In this document: in pieces, positions 1-9,602 of the stretch
Layout: every line of letters begins with the position of its first letter
Numbering within the stretch: position 1 is the stretch's first letter
Assembly: GCA_041577935.1 (NCBI GenBank)
Contig: JBFGIA010000003.1
Location: 1 to 41,741, forward strand
Direction of reading: 5' to 3'
Origin: Gemmatimonadota bacterium
Lineage (GTDB): Bacteria > Gemmatimonadota > Gemmatimonadetes > JACCXV01 > JAHWKZ01
DNA length: 41,741 nucleotides
Notes under the pieces: model-generated
Seen by the model: the letters and a program-made list of their open reading frames with translations, nothing else
What the model was told of the DNA's origin: nothing
The model's database searches: none
Position numbers and translations under genes: made by a program

Positions 1-197
1 ACCGGCTCCGGCTTGAGCACCATGCCACCGCCGCCACCGTACGGGTAATCATCGACCTGCTCGCCGTCGGGCACGAATTCACGCAGATCGACCACCTCGT
101 ACGAGAACAACCCCTTGGAGCGCGCGCGACCGGTGATCGACTGCTTGAGCGGTTGTGTGAAGTAGTCGGGAAACAGGGTCACGATGTTGACGTGCAC
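1..197 (-). CDS. trmD: tRNA (guanine37-N1)-methyltransferase TrmD, N-terminal part (runs off window)
   Basis: Manual translation from GTG at 197: MHVNIVTLFPDYF...VDLREF...VDDYPYGGGGGMVLKPEP, the TrmD signature; follows rimM. Confidence 0.96.
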   Translation of the reverse strand, partial: MHVNIVTLFPDYFTQPLKQSITGRARSKGLFSYEVVDLREFVPDGEQVDDYPYGGGGGMVLKPEP

Positions 198-199
198 GG

Positions 200-724
200 T
201 TACAGCTCCTCCCACCCTTCGGGCGGGCTTACGACGATCGTCGTCGCATCGACCTGACGAATGAACGGTTCTACAAACGGCAAGAACCGACGCCGACCGC
301 CGGGTTCGCCGATCTCCAACAACACCGGTCCGTCCGACTCGATCACCGAGATCACATCGCCAAACGAGCGACCGGTTTCATCCCGCACCTCGCACCCCAC
401 CAGCGCATGCAGAAAGAACTCGTCCTCGGCTCGCGCTTGGACCGCTTCGTCGTACGGTATCAGCAGGTAGTAGCCGGCTCGCTGCTCGGCGTGAGTGCGG
501 TCGTCGATCCGATCGAGCTTGAGCAACCACCGTTGCTTGTGGCGTCGGCTGGCCACGATCGACACCTCCACGCCTTCACCATCCGCATCGGGCGCCAACA
601 CGAGCGTGCGCCCAACCGCAAACCGCTCATCGTGCTCGGTCATCGGCTCGACTTGGACCTCGCCCTTGAGCCCGTGGGCTTTGACTATTCGGCCCACCAC
701 CACCAGGGTTTCCGGTGTCGTCAG
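200..724 (-). CDS. rimM: Ribosome maturation factor RimM
   Basis: VVVGRIVKAHGLKGEV N-terminal motif, PRC-barrel C-terminus (FLPFVEPFIRQVD); lies between rpsP and trmD. Start uncertain (CTG at 724 after GGAGG, or a downstream GTG). Confidence 0.93.
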   Translation of the reverse strand: MTTPETLVVVGRIVKAHGLKGEVQVEPMTEHDERFAVGRTLVLAPDADGEGVEVSIVASRRHKQRWLLKLDRIDDRTHAEQRAGYYLLIPYDEAVQARAEDEFFLHALVGCEVRDETGRSFGDVISVIESDGPVLLEIGEPGGRRRFLPFVEPFIRQVDATTIVVSPPEGWEEL

Positions 725-725
725 G

Positions 726-1175
726 CTACCCCTCCGTTGTCTGCTCTGCGTCGTCCGCGATCTCGGTCGCCGGCTCGACGACGGGTTCGGGCGCCGGCGC
801 CGGTTCGGGCACTGGTGCCGGTTCGGGTGCTGGTGCCGGTTCAAGCGTTGGCTCGGGCTCAGGTGCTGGTGCCGGCGCGACTACGGGCTCCGGTCGCGGC
901 CGTTCCACCGGCCACTCGCCGGTCTTGAATCGCTGCCAAACGCCGATCTGTGATAGCAACGAGCGAGCGCTGTCGCTCGGCTCGGCGCCCTTCTCCAACC
1001 ACTCCAGCGCCTTGTCGCGGTCGATGTTGATATCGGCCGGCTCCGTGCGCGGATTGTACGTCCCGATCGTGTCCAGGAACCGCCCGTCACGGGGACTCCT
1101 GGAATCCGCCACCACGAGGCGATAGTGAGGTTGCTTCTTGGCGCCCATGCGCCGCAATCGAATGCGTACTGCCAC
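726..1175 (-). CDS. rpsP: 30S ribosomal protein S16 with Pro/Ala/Glu-rich C-terminal extension
   Basis: [33 protein letters not shown]...GTYNP; GGAGGT SD upstream of GTG. Confidence 0.98.
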   Translation of the reverse strand: MAVRIRLRRMGAKKQPHYRLVVADSRSPRDGRFLDTIGTYNPRTEPADINIDRDKALEWLEKGAEPSDSARSLLSQIGVWQRFKTGEWPVERPRPEPVVAPAPAPEPEPTLEPAPAPEPAPVPEPAPAPEPVVEPATEIADDAEQTTEG

Positions 1176-1178
1176 CAG

Positions 1179-2492
1179 TTACCTCCTTTGACGCTGAGAA
1201 CCCAGCGTCGTCTTGAGTTTTTTCATCATCTTGTTCATCTCGCCAAACTGCTTCATGAGCTGGTTGACCTCTTGAACCGAAGTGCCGCTACCGTTCGCGA
1301 TCCGCTTGCGACGGCTACCGTCGAGCAGCTTCGGGTTGCGCCGCTCAGCCGGCGTCATCGACAGGATGATCGCCTCGATACGCTTTAATCGGCTCGGGTC
1401 GACATCGACATCCCGCAACTGCTTCCCGACGCCGGGGATCATCCCGATCAACCCTTGTAGCGGCCCCATCCGCTCCAACTGCCGAAGAGCGGTGAGAAAA
1501 TCTTCCAGATCGAGTTTTCCGCGGCCGACCTTCTTCTCGAGTTGACTGGCGTCTTCTACATCGATCGCCTCCTGAGCTTTCTCGACCAGCGACACGACGT
1601 CGCCGCGGTCGAGGATCCGCCCCGCCATGCGATCAGGATGAAACGGCTCGAGGCCGTCCGTCCTCTCCCCCACGCCGATGAACTTGATCGGCAAACCGGT
1701 CACCGCGTGGATCGATAGCGCCGCGCCGCCGCGCGCATCGCCGTCCAGCTTGGTCAGAATCACGCCCGTCAGCGGCAGCCGCGCGCCAAACGTCTCGGCG
1801 ATCTGCACGGCGTCGTGACCGGTCATCCCGTCGGCGACCAGGAGCAACTCGTGAGGCGTGACCGTCTGGACGACACGATCGAGCTCATCCATCATCACAT
1901 CGTCGATGTGCAGCCGACCTGCGGTATCGACGATGACGACGTTGCGCTTGTCTGCCCGCGCTCGCTCGACGCCCGCCTGGGCCAGTCGTTCGACCTGGGT
2001 CTCGTCGCGATCCGACACCACTGGAAAGTCGAGCTGGCGCGCCAACGTCTCGAGCTGATCGATCGCCGCCGGTCGATAGACATCGGCCGCCACCAGCAAC
2101 GGTCGACGCCCGCGCTTCGCCATGTGGTGGGCGAGCTTGGCTGCGGTCGTCGTTTTGCCGGAGCCTTGCAACCCGACCAGGGCGATTATCGTGGGTGGTT
2201 GCCGCGACTCCTCGAGCGGTGCGTTGGCGCCACCCAATAGATCGACCAACTCGTCGTGCACGATCTTGATGACTTGTTGTGCCGGGGTGACCGACCGGGT
2301 GATCTCCTTTCCGCGGGCGCGCTCGGCCACCCGGGCGCAAAAATCCTTCGCCACCCGATAGTGGACATCGGCCTCGAGAAGCGCGCGGCGGACCTCACGC
2401 ATCCCTTCGGTGATGAGCTCTTCGTCGAGAACTCCGCGGCTTCGAAAGCGCGCCAGCGCGCCGTCGAGTTTGGCACTCAGCTCGTCGAACAT
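1179..2492 (-). CDS. ffh: Signal recognition particle protein Ffh
   Basis: Starts MFDELSAKL; GLQGSGKTT, DTAGR, TKLDGDARGG, M-domain SRRKRIANGSG. ORF-track extension upstream of 2492 overlaps the next gene. Confidence 0.98.
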   Translation of the reverse strand: MFDELSAKLDGALARFRSRGVLDEELITEGMREVRRALLEADVHYRVAKDFCARVAERARGKEITRSVTPAQQVIKIVHDELVDLLGGANAPLEESRQPPTIIALVGLQGSGKTTTAAKLAHHMAKRGRRPLLVAADVYRPAAIDQLETLARQLDFPVVSDRDETQVERLAQAGVERARADKRNVVIVDTAGRLHIDDVMMDELDRVVQTVTPHELLLVADGMTGHDAVQIAETFGARLPLTGVILTKLDGDARGGAALSIHAVTGLPIKFIGVGERTDGLEPFHPDRMAGRILDRGDVVSLVEKAQEAIDVEDASQLEKKVGRGKLDLEDFLTALRQLERMGPLQGLIGMIPGVGKQLRDVDVDPSRLKRIEAIILSMTPAERRNPKLLDGSRRKRIANGSGTSVQEVNQLMKQFGEMNKMMKKLKTTLGSQRQRR

Positions 2493-2602
2493 TGTTCCTG
2501 TGATAAAACGGTCGCAGATCGTGCGCCGGCGTTCGGCGCCGCCCTCGTAGTCCGGGCCATCCCGGAGAACGAAGGAAAGCGAATAGGCGAGGCAATCTAG
2601 TT

Positions 2603-4141
2603 CTAGATCAGGAGCGCAGCCACCAGAATGTAGAGCAGGCCGCCGAGCGTCGCCGCTGCCAAGGCGAGCGGGAGCTGGGTCAAGACGTGATCCATCAGAT
2701 CGCAGCCGGTGGCCAGCGAAGACAGGATGGTCGTATCCGAGATCGGCGAGCATTGATCGCCGAACACGCTGCCGCCGGTGACCGCGCCAAAGCAGAGCGC
2801 CAGGTAGGTGGGGTCGGGCTGTACCGCCCACGCCAGCGGTATCGCGACCGGGAAGATGACCGCGTACGTCCCCCACGACGTTCCCGTCGAGAACGCGACG
2901 ACCATGCAGAGGAACAACAACGCCGCCGGCAAGATGACCGGCGGAACCGCGCCAAACGTCTCGACGATGTAGGGCGCCGTGCCGACCGCATCAGCGACCG
3001 ACTTGAGCGTTACCGCGAGCGCCAGCACCACCGCGCCGATCGTGACCCCGCGCCAACCCGACAGCAGTCCTTCGATCACGGCGTGAAGCCGCATCCCCTT
3101 GACGAGCGCCACCGCCACGCCCACCAGAACCGCCAACACGAACGCCTCGGCGATCGGCAACGACAGCGCCGACGACTCTCGCTGGCCGAGCACGAAGTAG
3201 CTGATCGCGAACGGGCCGATCGCCACGCCGAGCAGTGTCCCGATCGGCGCGAAGAAGTCGATCAGTCCGGGTTTGTAGTCGTAGGGCGGATCGATGCGGG
3301 TGAGATCGTCGGCGGCCATCGGCGTCGCGCCGGGCCGATCGAGCGCCCCGGTCTCGCGCGCTCGCTGGCGCGCGGCCCCCATTCGCCGCCCAGTAAGACG
3401 GCCCATCTTGTCCCCCGCGAACAGCAGGGTGAACAGGATCGCGAACATCGCGTAGAAGTTGAACGGCAAAGCGCGGAAGAAGAACCCGATCGCATCGGAC
3501 TGCGTGGCCAGCACCGGTACGCTGCCGGCGACCAGCCCACCGACATAGATCGGCCACACGTTGAACGGAATCAGCGTCGCCGCCGGCGATGCCGTCGAAT
3601 CGACGATGTAAGCCAGCTCTTCGTGTGCCACCCGATGCTGGTCAGAGACCGGGCGCACAGTCGTCCCGGTCAACACCGTGCTGATCGTGCCACCCTGGTG
3701 GAAGACGAGTCCCATGACCCAGGCGAAGAGCTTGGCCGACCTCGGTCCGGTCGCAACCCGCTTCCCTGCCCATTCGGCGAACCGCTGTGCGCCACCGGTC
3801 TTGGTCCACAACCCGATCAACCCGCCCAACGACCACAGATACACCAGCAGAATGAGGGCGTAGTTTTCCGACCCGACCGATGGGATGAGGAACGCTTGCA
3901 CGATGTTGAGCTCGCCGCTGATCACGCCGCCCAGCACGATGCCGACAAACAAGGCCGTGATGACCTCTCGCAACGCGAACGCGAGCACCAGCGTGACCAG
4001 CGGGGGGACGACCGACCACGCGCCGTAGTGCACTCCGTTCGTGGGAAACCGACCGGCGAGAGTGAAACCGATCGCTACGAGCGCGACCCCGAGGACGAGG
4101 ACGCGCCACCGCAACCCACGGCCAGACCGTGTGCCCGTCAC
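2603..4141 (-). CDS. Na+/H+ antiporter NhaC-family membrane transporter
   Basis: Many TM segments; motifs EELAYIVDSTASP, FSTGTSWGT, GSVFGDQCSPISDTTILSS typical of NhaC family; start GTG 4141 approximate. Confidence 0.85.
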   Translation of the reverse strand: MTGTRSGRGLRWRVLVLGVALVAIGFTLAGRFPTNGVHYGAWSVVPPLVTLVLAFALREVITALFVGIVLGGVISGELNIVQAFLIPSVGSENYALILLVYLWSLGGLIGLWTKTGGAQRFAEWAGKRVATGPRSAKLFAWVMGLVFHQGGTISTVLTGTTVRPVSDQHRVAHEELAYIVDSTASPAATLIPFNVWPIYVGGLVAGSVPVLATQSDAIGFFFRALPFNFYAMFAILFTLLFAGDKMGRLTGRRMGAARQRARETGALDRPGATPMAADDLTRIDPPYDYKPGLIDFFAPIGTLLGVAIGPFAISYFVLGQRESSALSLPIAEAFVLAVLVGVAVALVKGMRLHAVIEGLLSGWRGVTIGAVVLALAVTLKSVADAVGTAPYIVETFGAVPPVILPAALLFLCMVVAFSTGTSWGTYAVIFPVAIPLAWAVQPDPTYLALCFGAVTGGSVFGDQCSPISDTTILSSLATGCDLMDHVLTQLPLALAAATLGGLLYILVAALLI

Positions 4142-4151
4142 CGCGGGAGCA

Positions 4152-4820
4152 TCAATCGACTGTCGCTTGACGTAGTGCGCGCATACGCGCCGCCGGGTCG
4201 TCACCGCCGTAGACGCCCGAGCCGCTGACGAGCACGTCAGCTCCCGCGCGCACGACCTCGGCCGCGTTGTCGGCGGTGATGCCGCCATCGACCTCGAGCC
4301 ACGGGCGGCTGTCCTCGGGCAAACCATCGATCCGCTGACGAGCGCTCTGCAGCCGGTCCAACGACTCGGGGATGAAGCTCTGTCCCGACCAACCGGGATT
4401 GACGCTCATGACGAGCAGCAAGTCGAACGCCCCCCACACCGCGTCGACCGCACTCAGTGGCGTGCCAGGGTTGATCGCCACACCGGCACTTACGCCCAAC
4501 TCCCTGACGCGTTGAAGCTGGCGGTGGAGGTGGGTCGTGGCTTCGACGTGAACGGTCAAGATGTCGGCCCCGGCGTCGACGTATTCGTCAAAGTACTGCT
4601 CCGGTCGTTCGACCATCAGGTGAACGTCGATCGGCACGTCGACCACCCGTTCGGCGGTCCTTATCATGGCCGCGCCGAAGGTCAGGTTAGGGACGAAGTG
4701 GCCGTCCATGACATCGACGTGGATCCAATCGGCGCCACCCTCGACGACCGCGACGATCTCATCCGCCAGCCGATCAAAGTCCGCAGCCAGCACGGACGGC
4801 GCGATCAGGATCCCGCTCAT
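4152..4820 (-). CDS. rpe: Ribulose-phosphate 3-epimerase
   Basis: IAPSVLAADF, WIHVDVMDGHFVPNLTFG, MSVNPG, EVDGGI. Confidence 0.97.
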   Translation of the reverse strand: MSGILIAPSVLAADFDRLADEIVAVVEGGADWIHVDVMDGHFVPNLTFGAAMIRTAERVVDVPIDVHLMVERPEQYFDEYVDAGADILTVHVEATTHLHRQLQRVRELGVSAGVAINPGTPLSAVDAVWGAFDLLLVMSVNPGWSGQSFIPESLDRLQSARQRIDGLPEDSRPWLEVDGGITADNAAEVVRAGADVLVSGSGVYGGDDPAARMRALRQATVD

Positions 4821-5581
4821 GGAGCCACCCGGCCGAGCTCGAGTCGCGCCGCCGAGCCGGTGTGGACGTGTTGCCCCGGCCGCGGCCGTTGACCGGTGAC
4901 GACGGTGGGCCCGGCGATACCCTGCTCGTCAGGGCTCAAAGAGCCCACTTGGCCGACCGTGATCCCGTAGGTGAGCAGCGTGTCGCGAGCCGCCCTCAAG
5001 GGCAGACCGCGGACATCGGGCATCTCGACCAGCGTGCCACCCTGGCTGACGACCATCGTGACCTCGACGCCGGGTTCGATTTCGGTACCCGCCGGTGGAA
5101 TCGTCTCCACGATCGTTCCCCACGGGTGCAACTCGCTCGGCTTTTGTCGGGACGGTGTGATCGCGAGGCCGAGTCGCGACAAGATCTCCTCCCCCAACTC
5201 GAGCTCGACACCGGCCAGATCGGGCAGCACAGTTGGCTCGGTGCCGCGACTCACGAGCACCCAGACCGTATCACCGCGGGGGCGATAGAAACCTGGCGGC
5301 GGCAGCTGATAGATCACCCGGCCCGCTTCGACATCAGCGCTTCGACGCTCGCCACCCACCGTGACGACGTATCCCTCATCGTCGGCTTTGTCGCGTGCTC
5401 TCTCGACCTCCATGTGACCCAGGTTGGGCACGCGGGCGATGCGACCCTGCGCCAGAGTGTCAGGCAGGAAGAAAATTTGCGCCGCGATGTAACCGACCAA
5501 CAGTGCACCCATTACGGTCGCCACGATCGCCAGCGGGATCTGCCAGGTTGCGCTCCCGACGCCGGGTGGCGGCGCGCTCAC
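4817..5581 (-). CDS. PASTA-domain membrane protein (N-terminal TM, ~3 PASTA repeats, no kinase domain)
   Basis: Repeats beginning VPNL/LPDL/MPDV with Q.P.PG and VS.G motifs; located between rsmB and rpe. Confidence 0.85.
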   Translation of the reverse strand: MSAPPPGVGSATWQIPLAIVATVMGALLVGYIAAQIFFLPDTLAQGRIARVPNLGHMEVERARDKADDEGYVVTVGGERRSADVEAGRVIYQLPPPGFYRPRGDTVWVLVSRGTEPTVLPDLAGVELELGEEILSRLGLAITPSRQKPSELHPWGTIVETIPPAGTEIEPGVEVTMVVSQGGTLVEMPDVRGLPLRAARDTLLTYGITVGQVGSLSPDEQGIAGPTVVTGQRPRPGQHVHTGSAARLELGRVAP

Positions 5582-6918
5582 GCCGCCTCGCGCACTAGTC
5601 GAGCGGCGAAGAAGCCGTCCAGATCCCCGCTCCAGGGCCGGGTCATCATGTAATCACCGTCGCGATGGTGAGCCGGCACAGCCCCGCCTACCGGAACGCT
5701 CCGGAACTCTCGGCGATCAGAGAGAAATGCGGTTATCACTCGATCGTTCTCCTCGGGTTCGAGCGAGCAAGTAGCGTAAACGAGCGTGCCGCCCGGCGCG
5801 ACTCGATCGGCGAGTTGCGCCAAGAGCTCGCGTTGAAACGTCGCGAACGTCGCCACGTCTTCGGGCAAACGGCGCCATCGGGCGTCGACCCGCCGACGCA
5901 ACACACCGGTGCCGGTGCACGGCACATCGGCGATCACCAGCGAAAACTGCGCCGCGGTCGGCACCGAGCGCGCGTCCGCGGCCACCAGCCACGGCGCGGT
6001 CAACCCTAGACGCTCAACATTCTCGCGGACCCGCCGCAACCTCGCGAAATCGCTGTCGATCGCCAAAGCGCGGAGCGCCGGTGCCTTGGCCAACAGCCCG
6101 CACAGTTTCGTCCCGGGTGCGGCGCACGCGTCGAGCACGCGGTCTTCGGGCCCAGCATCGACCATATCCGTGACCCACTGCGAACCCGCGTCCTGGATCC
6201 AAAACCATCCATCCACCCAGCCCGGCAACGCCGGCGGTGGCGTGCCGCGACCGACGACCACCGCGTCCGGCTTGTCGGGGTGCGGTCGGGCCTCGATGCC
6301 GGCATCGATCAACCGCTCGACGACTGTCCCGGTCGTTGCCCTCTGCACGTTTACCGCCAGGTGCAGGTTTGGTGGCCTATTGTTGCTCTCGAGCAGCGCC
6401 TCGGCCGTCTCCGCACCGTACGCTTCGACCCACCGAGCCACCATCCATTTGGGGTGACTGTGCTTGATCGCCAAATAGAAAACTCGGTCGTCCGGGTCCG
6501 GCAACGGCAATTCCTGACGTTGCCGATCGACGTTTCTAAGAACCGCATTGACGAGCCCCGATGCCCACCGCGCTCTACCGTTCGGCAGCGCATCGTTCAC
6601 CAACTCGACGCTCTCGTCGACCGCTGACCAGACTGGGACGCGATCCAGAAACACGATCTGGTAGGCCCCCAACTCCAGGATCGAGACGACGTCCGGCGGG
6701 AGCGTGTCGATCCCGTGCTTTAGCAACGCATCCAGGTGGTAGTCGAGCCGGTCGCGCCAGCGGATCGCGCCGTATGCCAGCTCCATCGTGAACGCCCGCT
6801 GACGATCGTCAAGCCCGGCGGCACGTCGCTCGAAGCTCTCGTCTGCGCGGGTCCCGTTTCGCACATCGCGTAGGATCTCGAGCGCCCGCCGCCGCTCAAC
6901 GCTGGGGCGCGCACCCAT
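5578..6918 (-). CDS. rsmB: 16S rRNA m5C967 methyltransferase RsmB/Sun
   Basis: NusB-like N-terminus, SHPKW, IQD, LDACAAPGTK, DVPCTGTG, YATCS..PEEN. Confidence 0.95.
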   Translation of the reverse strand: MGARPSVERRRALEILRDVRNGTRADESFERRAAGLDDRQRAFTMELAYGAIRWRDRLDYHLDALLKHGIDTLPPDVVSILELGAYQIVFLDRVPVWSAVDESVELVNDALPNGRARWASGLVNAVLRNVDRQRQELPLPDPDDRVFYLAIKHSHPKWMVARWVEAYGAETAEALLESNNRPPNLHLAVNVQRATTGTVVERLIDAGIEARPHPDKPDAVVVGRGTPPPALPGWVDGWFWIQDAGSQWVTDMVDAGPEDRVLDACAAPGTKLCGLLAKAPALRALAIDSDFARLRRVRENVERLGLTAPWLVAADARSVPTAAQFSLVIADVPCTGTGVLRRRVDARWRRLPEDVATFATFQRELLAQLADRVAPGGTLVYATCSLEPEENDRVITAFLSDRREFRSVPVGGAVPAHHRDGDYMMTRPWSGDLDGFFAARLVREAA

Positions 6919-7746
6919 TCAGTCGCCGACCCTGCCCTCCGTCGGACTCGACGCGGTGGCCCACTGACGTCGGGGCATCCGACCGACTTCAAATGCCAAC
7001 CGTCCGGCCTCGACCGCGTGCCGCATCGCGGTGGCCATCAACACCGGATCGTCGGCTTTGGCGATCGCCGTGTTCATGAGGATGCCGTCGACGCCGAGCT
7101 CCATCGCGACCGCCGCGTCCGAAGCCGTCCCGACACCGGCATCGACAATAACCGGCACCGAAACCGCATCCAGAATGAACTGGATGTTGAGCGGATTGGT
7201 CACCCCGAGACCGGAACCGATCGGCGAGGCGAGCGGCATGACCGCCGCCGCGCCCGCCTCTTCGAGGCGTCGCGCGATCACGACGTCATCGTTTGTGTAC
7301 GGCAACACGGTAAACCCCTCTTCGACAAGGGTTCGAGTCGCCGCGACGAGCCCTTCGACGTCGGGATACAACGTCCGCTCGTCTCCGATGACCTCCAGCT
7401 TGATGAAATCGCTTAGCCCCGCGGCACGACCGAGACGAGCGACCCGTATCGCGTCATCCGCTGAGTAGCAGCCGGCGGTGTTCGGGAGGATCAGGACCTT
7501 GTCTGGATCGAGATAGTGGAGCAGGCTCGTTTCGTCCGACGCGTCGAGCTTGACCCGTCGCACCGCAACCGTGATAACATCAGCGCCCGACGCCTCTAGG
7601 CACCGAACCATCGTCTCCGGAGAGTCGTATTTTCCGCTGCCGATGATGAGCCGGGAGCGGAACGTTCGTCCACCGAGTCGCCACCCGGTGGATAGATCTG
7701 CCACCGCATCGGCCGGCATCGATGGGGTCGTGGTCGCCTCGGTCAT
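6919..7746 (-). CDS. thiG: Thiazole synthase ThiG
   Basis: [42 protein letters not shown]. Confidence 0.97.
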   Translation of the reverse strand: MTEATTTPSMPADAVADLSTGWRLGGRTFRSRLIIGSGKYDSPETMVRCLEASGADVITVAVRRVKLDASDETSLLHYLDPDKVLILPNTAGCYSADDAIRVARLGRAAGLSDFIKLEVIGDERTLYPDVEGLVAATRTLVEEGFTVLPYTNDDVVIARRLEEAGAAAVMPLASPIGSGLGVTNPLNIQFILDAVSVPVIVDAGVGTASDAAVAMELGVDGILMNTAIAKADDPVLMATAMRHAVEAGRLAFEVGRMPRRQWATASSPTEGRVGD

Positions 7747-7761
7747 ATCGGCCTCCTTTGC

Positions 7762-7992
7762 TCAGCCACCGCCCACGAAGTGAACGACCTCGAGCGTGTC
7801 GCCTGCCAATAACGCTGTCGTATCAAACCGATCACGGGGCAGGATGACACCGTTGGCTTCGACCACGACGGTATCGGGGTCGATCTCATGGGCGGTGAGA
7901 AACGCCTCGACGGTCGTCCCTTCGGCGACAAGCCGCGTTTCGCCGTTGACGACGATCTCGACCTTTTTCTTGGCGACAGTCGGGTTTGACAC
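7762..7992 (-). CDS. thiS: Sulfur carrier protein ThiS
   Basis: IVVNGE...GDTLEVVHFVGGG with C-terminal GG; adjacent to thiG; GTG start at 7992 inferred. Confidence 0.93.
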   Translation of the reverse strand: MSNPTVAKKKVEIVVNGETRLVAEGTTVEAFLTAHEIDPDTVVVEANGVILPRDRFDTTALLAGDTLEVVHFVGGG

Positions 7993-7997
7993 GTGAG

Positions 7998-8663
7998 CTA
8001 ATGTAACGTCTTGGTGGAGTTCTGACCGACTACCGCGAGGAAATCTCGCACCGCCCGACCGGGGTCGGCGGCCGCCCAAAGGGCCCGGATCGCGACCACC
8101 CCGCAAGCGCCGGCGGCGACCACCGTGGATGTTCGGTCAGGGGTCATCCCACCGACTGCGAGCCGCGGCAGTGGCGGCAGACTCTCGGCTTTGAGCGTCG
8201 ACTGGATCTCTTCGAGCACTCCGACTCCGACCGGCTCCGCTTTGGGGTGACTCCGGGTCGCGTAGATCGCACCCACCACCAGGTGGTCCGCGCCGTCTCG
8301 GGCAGCGGCGATCGCCGCTTCCACCGAGTGCACCGATCGACCGACGCGAGTTGACGGGCCAACGACCCGGCGCGCGCCGGCGATCGAAAGGCCGCGCTCG
8401 GGCAACTGCACGCCGTCGGCGTGAAATGCGCGCGTTAAGTCGGCCCGGTCGCCGATCCAGAGCTCGGCCCGGTGACGATCGGTGCGCTCACGGACCCCCG
8501 CGATCAGCTCCGAGAACGCGCGGTCGTCTAGCGCTCGCGATCGCAGCCAAACACCTGGCAGCCCGGCTTCGAGCATCGTCTCGAGCGTGGTCGCGAAACC
8601 AGGGTGTTCCAAACGCCGATCGTCGGTCGCGGCGACCAACGCGGGGAGCTGGTCGTCACGCAT
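7998..8663 (-). CDS. Thiamine phosphate synthase (ThiE/TenI)-family protein, divergent
   Basis: ADGVQL, VGRSVHS, GADHLVVG.IYAT.SH, AVGGMTP, GVVAIRA; starts MRDDQLP overlapping fmt stop. Confidence 0.85.
   Translation of the reverse strand: MRDDQLPALVAATDDRRLEHPGFATTLETMLEAGLPGVWLRSRALDDRAFSELIAGVRERTDRHRAELWIGDRADLTRAFHADGVQLPERGLSIAGARRVVGPSTRVGRSVHSVEAAIAAARDGADHLVVGAIYATRSHPKAEPVGVGVLEEIQSTLKAESLPPLPRLAVGGMTPDRTSTVVAAGACGVVAIRALWAAADPGRAVRDFLAVVGQNSTKTLH
8000..8005 (-). promoter_or_regulatory. Putative -10 element (TACATT) 7 nt before thiS GTG; leaderless promoter candidate
   Basis: Minus strand TACATT-agctcac-GTG; no SD. Confidence 0.45.
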
Positions 8664-9591
8664 CCTCACCCAGCCGCTCACCGGCGGCCAGCATCCGGCC
8701 CCGAGCCCAATCCGAGCCCGACATCCGTTCTCTACCGGCCGGTTGGACGACATCGAGTACGACCAGTCCATCACCCGCGACAACCACCGGCTCGGGATCG
8801 ACACGCACGACCGCGCCCGACGGCGCACTCTCGGCCCCGTCGATCGGTCGCAGCCGGAACACCTTGAGCCGCTCGCCACGCCACGTCGTCCACGCACCGG
8901 GCCACGGGTCGTAGGCTCGTACTGCGCGCTCGAGCGACGCGACACCGGCGGACCAATCGAGGTGCGCATCCGTAGCCGTGACTTTCATGGCGTACGAAGC
9001 CAGGGCGTCGTCCTGCGGTGTTTCTGTCAGGGTCCCGGCTTCGAGACGAGCCAGCGCGTCGACCATCAGCGTCGCGCCGAGCGTTGCCAAACGCTCGGTG
9101 ACCGAACCTGCCGAGTCATCGGCGTGAATCGGCTCCTCGGCGTGTAGACAGATCGGGCCGGTGTCGAGCCCAGCCTCCATGCGCATGATCGTAATGCCAG
9201 TCGAATCACAACCGTCGAGTATGGCGCGGGTAACCGGAGCCGCACCGCGGTAGGCGGGCAAGAGCGACGCGTGCACGTTGAACGCCCCGCGAGCCGGCAG
9301 CGCGAGCACTTCGGGGCGCAAGATCTCGCCGTACGCGGCTACGACAAACACGTCTGGCTCGGCATCGGTCAAACGGACGACGAAACTCTCGCCGCGTGGT
9401 TTGTCAGGCTTGAGCAGCGGGATGCTGGCGGTCGCGGCGACTTGTGCGACCGGGGTAGGCGAGACTTGTCCGCCGCGACCGCGACGACGGTCGGGTTGCG
9501 TCACGACCGCCGCCACCGAGTGATGGCTGTCGATCAGCGCTTTCAACGTGGGTACCGCGAATCGGGGGCTGCCCCAGAAGACGACCTGCAC
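8656..9591 (-). CDS. fmt: Methionyl-tRNA formyltransferase
   Basis: VVTQPDR, VVAAYG.IL, NVHASLLP.YRGAAP, GLDTGP. Confidence 0.97.
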   Translation of the reverse strand: MQVVFWGSPRFAVPTLKALIDSHHSVAAVVTQPDRRRGRGGQVSPTPVAQVAATASIPLLKPDKPRGESFVVRLTDAEPDVFVVAAYGEILRPEVLALPARGAFNVHASLLPAYRGAAPVTRAILDGCDSTGITIMRMEAGLDTGPICLHAEEPIHADDSAGSVTERLATLGATLMVDALARLEAGTLTETPQDDALASYAMKVTATDAHLDWSAGVASLERAVRAYDPWPGAWTTWRGERLKVFRLRPIDGAESAPSGAVVRVDPEPVVVAGDGLVVLDVVQPAGRERMSGSDWARGRMLAAGERLGEDA

Positions 9592-9602
9592 GGACTCGCC
9601 CG

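Noticed and set aside
2687-4228. Long plus-strand 513-aa ORF (similarly 19015-20292 and other antisense ORFs)
   Set aside because: Arg-rich shadow frames antisense to well-supported genes, expected in high-GC DNA.
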